A DNA stretch of 37,563 nucleotides from Collodictyon triciliatum (taxonomy: Eukaryota), in assembly GCA_043381765.1 (NCBI GenBank), contig JBHJMP010000953.1, positions 1 to 37,563 on the forward strand, written 5' to 3'. Both the position numbers and the translations under genes were made by a program. The notes under the pieces were generated by a model. The model was not told the DNA's origin. It was given only the letters and a program-made list of their open reading frames with translations, and ran no database searches. This document shows positions 10,136 through 37,563 of the stretch, in pieces. How positions within the stretch are numbered: position 1 is the first letter of the stretch; each line of letters opens with the position of its first letter.

Positions 10136-10369
10136 GGGGATTTTGGTGTCAGAATCATAAATCATTTATGATTCAATCGCCATATTAATTGTGGTGAATT
10201 AATCACATGAAAATCAACTGTCCAGTTTTTTTTTTAATTCAGGAGGCAGAATCCTTTACAACTTTTAATTTTTGATCATAAAATTAAAGAGAAAGGAAGG
10301 ATTTGGTTTTTTTTTTTGGATGGTGATATAAAATCTATAGAATAAATGAAGCCTTTCATTTCGATATCC

Positions 10370-12253
10370 CTAACCAGCATCCTTCTCCCAATGCTCTGCA
10401 CTAGGACGAAAGGTATGAGACGCCATGGAAGCTGCCATAATAAGAAGAAATGTAGCCTGCAAAATGGCTGCTGGCTTAAAATTATACTTCCATGATTTTA
10501 CGATGGGTAGTTCAATTCCGTAGAAATAGTTCTCAACCAAAATAGATGTAAACTGAGTAAATATTTCTGCAAACAACTGAATGATTATACTGTAGCACAT
10601 GTGCTCCAATCTGGAAAACGTCTGAAACTTAACATATCTTTGAATTGGATGGCAAAGAAACATAATAACAGGCATAAACACCGATGATTGAATTTCAAAC
10701 ATCGACACATAATACAAGCGGTTGACATGCTGGGTCACCAGAAATTCGACCATGTCGCCATCCACTTCGTAGCGTCTTAGAGTGTCGTTGAAGATTCCTT
10801 TGCGTGGTTTCTGAGGACATACGGTTTTACACTTTGGTTCCATTAGATGATTATTCTGAACTGAACAAGGCACTGAGACGTTGGGAATTTGGGCAAGTTC
10901 GGCTGATTCGTCTCTTTGTAGACGGTCCGAAACATGCTCAATATTCTCGAAACTATGTATTTTATTCTTTGAGAGACATAAACACCCTAAATTCATTTTC
11001 AAAAGAATAGCCACCTTCATGATGAAAATGGCTCGGGGTATATATGTAATGCGGAAAAGGATTTCAAAGAAACTTGTACATGCAACCATAATAATTGTAT
11101 CGCGGATGTTTGGGGAATCGGAAATCATTAATCTTAAGATGCATATTGATATATTGTTCATCGTATTGCCGGCAATCATCCTATAGTTCAAGTAATCCTT
11201 CGATTTTCCAATAAGCATATTGTTTTGATAAGTGTCTACAAGATTGAAAAGAAACGGCATGATCAAAACTCTCCCCACAATTCGTAAAGTTAAGCCAGAA
11301 TCCATAAAGAGAAATACAAAATAGTTGGTCGATGCAAAGTACACTATGACATAGGGTATGAATCCTTTGAAGAAAAGCATCGGAGTTCCGTCTGATGATA
11401 AAATGTGATATCTTCTTGTCCTTCCAGATATTTCTGTGAGAGGCACGAGGGGTAACTGTGGTTTTATACTGCGCAGAAGAATATAATAATGCAAAATGAA
11501 AATCCCATAATAGACGGGTGTCAGCCAAGTAATCATGTAAATCTGTCTTACTGCATACATAGCGGAATGCACGAAAGACAGCGGGAGGGTAATTTTGAAT
11601 ATCAACCCTAAAATTATACTCCTGCCAAACACGTACAAGAATGTACTAGCGATGGCTGAATAAGAAAATAGTGTAAACAACGTGTCGCTCACAATCATAT
11701 GGTACATGACATTTTTGTTGTTGATTTCAAAAAACCAGGTTGCCCCATACACGCATCCAATAACTGACATTGGCACAAATCCAAGAATCGATGAATGAAA
11801 AGTGATCCAGAACACAGCACCTGCAGAATAGCTCACCCGATCGAAAGACTCACACATATTATCTGCACAAACAGCAGACGGACGAGCGTCCTCCGAAACG
11901 CCATTCGCATCATAAGACAGACACTTATCCACAGACATGGTCTGTTCTGCGTTCACAACCGAAACTACATCACAGGCAGGCGCCTGTCTCTTGACAATAC
12001 ACGGGTGCTCTTTGCCTGTTATGCTCGCGTCATGTTCTTCTGGACCACTTGCGTCTCCAGAACAACTATCCAAATCTGCGAGATTCTCTGGCGAAAAAGC
12101 GCTCTCTCCAGCACGGCAGCCAGGAACCGGTTGCTTTTCTCGATCCATAGGTTCGTTGTGGTCTTGGAAGGAGCCGTTAGAAACGGGGGTTGTTTTGGTT
12201 GGGGTGTCGGGCTGGGTGACACGATCGAGACTCAGGACACAAGGGTCGTCCAT
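10370..12253 (-). CDS. Uncharacterised polytopic membrane protein (~10-12 hydrophobic segments) with a long acidic/disordered N-terminus. Intronless as modelled; start uncertain.
   Basis: The open frame exceeds 2 kb (ORF track 10370-12385) and the first in-frame ATG is at 12253 (MDDPCV). It has multiple 20-aa hydrophobic segments and a TAG stop. No family was recognised. Confidence 0.8.
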   Translation of the reverse strand: MDDPCVLSLDRVTQPDTPTKTTPVSNGSFQDHNEPMDREKQPVPGCRAGESAFSPENLADLDSCSGDASGPEEHDASITGKEHPCIVKRQAPACDVVSVVNAEQTMSVDKCLSYDANGVSEDARPSAVCADNMCESFDRVSYSAGAVFWITFHSSILGFVPMSVIGCVYGATWFFEINNKNVMYHMIVSDTLFTLFSYSAIASTFLYVFGRSIILGLIFKITLPLSFVHSAMYAVRQIYMITWLTPVYYGIFILHYYILLRSIKPQLPLVPLTEISGRTRRYHILSSDGTPMLFFKGFIPYVIVYFASTNYFVFLFMDSGLTLRIVGRVLIMPFLFNLVDTYQNNMLIGKSKDYLNYRMIAGNTMNNISICILRLMISDSPNIRDTIIMVACTSFFEILFRITYIPRAIFIMKVAILLKMNLGCLCLSKNKIHSFENIEHVSDRLQRDESAELAQIPNVSVPCSVQNNHLMEPKCKTVCPQKPRKGIFNDTLRRYEVDGDMVEFLVTQHVNRLYYVSMFEIQSSVFMPVIMFLCHPIQRYVKFQTFSRLEHMCYSIIIQLFAEIFTQFTSILVENYFYGIELPIVKSWKYNFKPAAILQATFLLIMAASMASHTFRPSAEHWEKDAG

Positions 12254-12859
12254 ACCAGCTTCCTTGCTCTTTTCTTGTTCTTTCTTGTTCTGCCTTTTTC
12301 CTTGCTCTTCCTTTTTCTTTCCAGCAAAGACTGGATCAGAAGATACAGGCGGGGAGTGAGAGTCGGTGAGACTTTGCTGAGGCAATAATAGTGGATAGCG
12401 TTTGTGGCCACGATAAACACAGCCGCAGTTTACACGGACGACGCTGACAAGGCTGTATGAAATTGGAGCAAAATATTTATTTTCCGCATTAGGAAGGATA
12501 GATAAATCTGGTTGGTTTCATTGACGGTTCAGAGAAAGTCTCTGGCGTTGTGCATCAGTATTGGTATGAATGCCTTGAAAGGGTGTGTATGCGAATGTTT
12601 TTTCCTCCACCCGCGGCTTGAATGAGTGCTCTGTTGAATTGGATTCGCAATAAATGATAACATCCTCGTGTGATTAATTGAAAAAACAACACACTGCCCC
12701 AACTTTCTCTCGATTCCTTACTTTTATTCACGATAGTCGCAAAACACTTTATATTAAAGATAGGAAAAAAAAAAAAAAAAAAAAAAAAAGAAGAGTTTTG
12801 CATTTGTGTGAATTGAAGGGAACAATATCCAGCAGACTTCTTCATGGGCTGGTTTCTTT

Positions 12860-13184
12860 TTATCGGTTCAGCTGGTCGTTCAAATACTGAATAAACATAT
12901 CCGCTGCTTGTATAGCGTTGGATGGGGGCTGTACCTTTATGTGGAGAGCATGCTATCTCAGACAGTTTCTCATTCATTCAATTTTCTTTAGAATGAATCG
13001 TTTGACTTGGCATTCTTTGTATGATACGAATATATTTACTTGAGCAAGTTTAGTGAAAGAGAGTTTCAGCCTTCGGAATTCCCCGATAGGTATCTTCTTC
13101 CGAAATTCATACTAATCAAGGAGATAAAAAGGATTGTACTATACAGTCGATATAATTGTTCAATCGAATAGATGAGCTATGCAT

Positions 13185-13230
<46 letters not shown>

Positions 13231-13258
13231 AATTTATTTATAAAAAAAAAAAAAGAAA

Positions 13259-13289
<31 letters not shown>

Positions 13290-14811
13290 AAGAAAGAAAC
13301 TCATGTAAGTTCATATGAAAAAAAAAACCTTAGTGGTTGCATTTGGTATTGGGATGAGGTCTCCAGGTATTGCGGCTTCCTGTAATTTTTAAAATAATTA
13401 TAAGTAGATTTATTCAATGACTAACATGTACCCATTAAGTAAATAAATGCAGCCGTTAAAAGAAAACCTGGGTGTCTCGTATGTGGTTAAGCACTTCTTG
13501 CGTGACTTGATCCAGTTCGTGCAAAAAATTTGTATCCTGAAGTCGGTTCTGTTGGTAAAGTAATAAAAAATAAAAAAAAAAGTGACAATTTGAATATGAA
13601 AGACACGATGCTATTATCTTCTTGGTTTCGCCATACTGACGCATTATTTGTTGTAAATTATCAGTGCATACTCACGGGTTTTGTTGCCATGCTTTGTTTT
13701 GGTGCGCGACCTTTCATCATTTCGTCGATAATCTCTTGCACTGGCAAAGGCGAGTCTGGCCTATAATATTTATCAGATGGTTCAATTGTTATCACACAAA
13801 AGTTGAGTTTGTGACATAATCTTCGCCTTTGGAAGTATTTACGTGAGTGTAAAAAGAGGAGCATCCCATCTATTTCTAGGGTTTGGAGTCTCGAAACGAC
13901 CAATCAAATCCTCCATTCTGCGGTTTGGTTGTGGGTAGTTTAGAATTGAGCGCAATGTCAAAGTCGCATCCCCTTACACATGTATTATCATTTTATCGTT
14001 TTCAATAATTGATTGCATGATAGATCTATGGCGTACATATGAGGAGGGTAAGAGACGCTAAAATCGCGAGCTGAATTCCATAACTTAGTTGTTTCTGGCG
14101 AGGTATCACAATAAACCTGCGAGATATATAATGGAGTGGACGTCTGATAAAAGTGCGCAGGATAACCATTATTTTTCTGATAGTTATGGTCTGCGGATAA
14201 AAGAACAAGCATAGAAACATACAAGCTTAGCAGTGAGATTTTATTTTCAGCCATCCAAACAGATGATATATATAAAAGCGAACCATGCAATATGGAACAC
14301 CAGCTGTGCGAGCGCGGCAATATAGTTCATATCTATACCCCTTAATAAAGTTGACTGAATCCAGAAGCACAATATTGTCTTTTGAAAGCTGTCTCTCGCT
14401 AGCTGCCTTCAGCTTGTCTCTTGTATTCTTCTCGGAAGGACCGTCTAAATAATCACAATAATAATCACAATAATAATCACAATAATAATCACAATAATAA
14501 TCACAATAATAATCACAATAATAATCACAATAATAATCACAATAATAATCACAATAATCATAATCATAATAATTCAGGAAGATGTTCGTAAAGTGGCTAA
14601 AGGTGTTTGTCTTTTCAGACCGAGTTGTGAGGCATATATAAGAACTCCGGTTAGTCTTTGTCGCACCTTGATAAGCCGTGGATCGGGAGACCGACTCGGA
14701 CTCTTCGTTGACAATCACCACCCGCTTCTCAGTTTGCTCTTGCAGGGCAGACTGCAGTTCCTTGGCCCGTTTTGACTTGCCGCTGCTCGGGAGACCGCAG
14801 AACACAATCAT
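12860..14811 (-). CDS. KTI12: KTI12 (Elongator-associated P-loop, PSTK-like). Nine exons: 14811-14667, 14444-14284, 14116-14037, 13917-13843, 13760-13676, 13548-13468, 13379-13329, 13111-13040, 12934-12860.
   Basis: The spliced protein has MIVFCGLPSSGKS (P-loop), IVLLDSVNFIKGYRYELYC, RFETPNPRNRWDAPLF, TNFLHELDQVTQ, EFRRLKLSF and MFIQYLN*, all KTI12 hallmarks. All joins are GT-AG and phase-consistent. Confidence 0.93.
13186..13286. repeat. Poly-A tracts within a KTI12 intron
   Basis: Three long A runs separated by short AT spacers. Confidence 0.95.
14447..14572. repeat. 12-bp minisatellite (AATAATCACAAT)n in KTI12 intron 1; reads (CDYY)n on the minus strand
   Basis: About 9 perfect units plus degenerate AATCAT units. 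Confidence 0.97.
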
Positions 14812-14858
14812 CCTTGGATGGTTTGTTCTTTGCCAGTTGAATTTGCCGGTGTGTAAGT

Positions 14859-14946
14859 GAAGAAGAAAGAAGAAAGAAGAAAGAAGAAAGAAGAAAGAAG
14901 AAAGAAGAAAGAAGAAAGAAGAAAGAAGAAAGAAGAAAGAAGAAAG
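14859..14946. repeat. (AAGAAAG)n 7-bp pure-purine repeat just upstream of KTI12
   Basis: About 12 tandem units. Confidence 0.96.
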
Positions 14947-15139
14947 AGTGGCAGTGAACGGGCAACAACATTTAGATTGTTGGAATGAATAAAGAATCTT
15001 GCGCAAAATAAAATAGCACAGCACCGCAACCACACAATTATATCGCAGTAGTATCAGTGACACGTTTCTTTCCCTTTTGTTTTATTCAACTACCCCTTCG
15101 AAAACGGGAGGTCAGCGCCTGCTGAGGCGGTGCTGAGCA

Positions 15140-15242
15140 GAAAAGAAAAAGAAAAAGAAAAAGAAAAAGAAAAAGAAAAAGAAAAAGAAAAAGAAAAAGA
15201 AAAAGAAAAAGAAAAAGAAAAAGAAAAAGAAAAAGAAAAAAG
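15140..15242. repeat. (GAAAAA)n hexamer repeat
   Basis: About 16 tandem units; source of the spurious KEKE/FSFS ORFs. Confidence 0.97.
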
Positions 15243-15297
15243 CAATGCAGAATTCTTCAGCAGTTGCCACACAGAGACAAAGCCGTGTGCCCTTTTC

Positions 15298-20742
<5,445 letters not shown>

Positions 20743-21717
20743 CTTGTGCTTGAGTTTCAAACCTATAATGGCGCCCGCGTTAGTCAGTCTCTTCGCGGTG
20801 GGCTTGGCCGCTTTGCCTCGTGTTTCGAGTTGTGCTGTGACTGTGTTTGATGTGGTTTTGATCACAAAGATTTGAATTTTTGTTCGCTCGGCTTTGAAAA
20901 TTACTCACGTTATGCCTTATTTTATAAGAAAAATAAAAAAATTCACGCTCTGACCAATATTGTATTCCACATCTGTTCAAGGGAAAAGTGTATCACCCTC
21001 GTATCTGGGCTTTTTCGGGCCCCTGGCCTCTGGCGATTTAAAAAAACCTTACAAGGGCCCATCAAAGCCTTCATCCAAATCTTGATCCAACGATATGAAC
21101 ATCGCTGCAAATCTCCCCTGGGCCTCACCCAGAACTTGTTAGAAAACATCACCTTTCGAAAAAAGAAAATACCTGTATGTAACTGAAACAAGGGCGCAGC
21201 TTATCCATTATGGTAAATACATGCATGCGATCCACCTGTTGGTGGTAAATACAAATTATACTCCATAAAAGGATTCCGTTACTCCTTTGAATTATCAACG
21301 AATTCTCTCATGATCAAAACCAATCAAAACCAATCAGAATCAATCAGAATCATCCGAATCCGTCCTAATCCACCTGAACCTTATACAAAACCGAGTGGCC
21401 TAACGCCATTCACTCAAACTCGTCATTAAGCCATCCGATCATCGCTAGGAACCCTATTTCCTATCACCCGCAATCACACCTAAAACCCCCAAGAAAGAGA
21501 TTCGAAGCGCAAGAGCAAAAGCCAACCTTTTGAACCCATTCACACCCGGACTTCCTCGGAGATACAAGTTGCTTTTAAGGTACATACTTCCGCAGCTTCA
21601 CATTTCAACGACTTTAAAAGAAATCAAGTACTACAAAGAAAAAGACGAGGAGGTAACCAAACCCAATTCGACTGAGGAAAGCATCTATTTTGCAGCCAGT
21701 AATCTTATACGTGCGCA
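20743..21717. promoter_or_regulatory. Putative bidirectional promoter between the coiled-coil gene and the dynein heavy chain
   Basis: Divergent predicted ATGs lie ~975 bp apart. The interval has tandem CCAATCA at 21320 and 21330 within a 10-bp-period repeat, duplicated TGGTAAATACA at 21211 and 21243, and GGGCC(C) motifs. Confidence 0.5.
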
Positions 21718-37442
<15,725 letters not shown>

Positions 37443-37480
37443 GTATGTATCCCTGTGTTTCTTATTTTTCTAAAACACTT

Positions 37481-37550
37481 NNNNNNNNNNNNNNNNNNNN
37501 NNNNNNNNNNNNNNNNNNNNNNNNNNNNNNNNNNNNNNNNNNNNNNNNNN
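37481..37550. other. Assembly gap followed by (TG)n at the window end
   Basis: Run of N, then TG repeat. Confidence 0.95.
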
Positions 37551-37563
37551 TTGTGTGTGTGTG

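Overview
This is eukaryotic nuclear DNA from an AT-rich, microsatellite-rich, flagellated organism. It has spliceosomal GT-AG introns of roughly 60-300 nt and the standard genetic code (TAA, TAG and TGA all end gene models). Left to right: (1) a degenerate, frameshifted RRM-like ORF ending in AATAAA plus A10, probably an internally deleted non-LTR retroelement. (2) A minus-strand receptor-like gene with an unusual architecture: signal peptide, complete 7-bladed WD40 propeller, long CxxGxY Cys-rich stalk and ~9-TM C-terminal domain. (3) A 5'-truncated LINE ORF2 3' end (zf-RVT). (4) An intronless orphan polytopic membrane protein. (5) A 9-exon KTI12 gene whose first intron is in-frame, stop-free and encodes (CDYY)n. 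(6) A ~15-exon coiled-coil gene with micro-exons and a modular 24/11-aa tandem repeat. (7) Head-to-head with it, an inner-arm axonemal dynein heavy chain (DNAH1-like) with ~36 introns, then a 4.9-kb exon, running off the window end. The best candidate for something new is the apparently extracellular WD40 recognition receptor. All exon models were built by hand and need RNA-seq confirmation.
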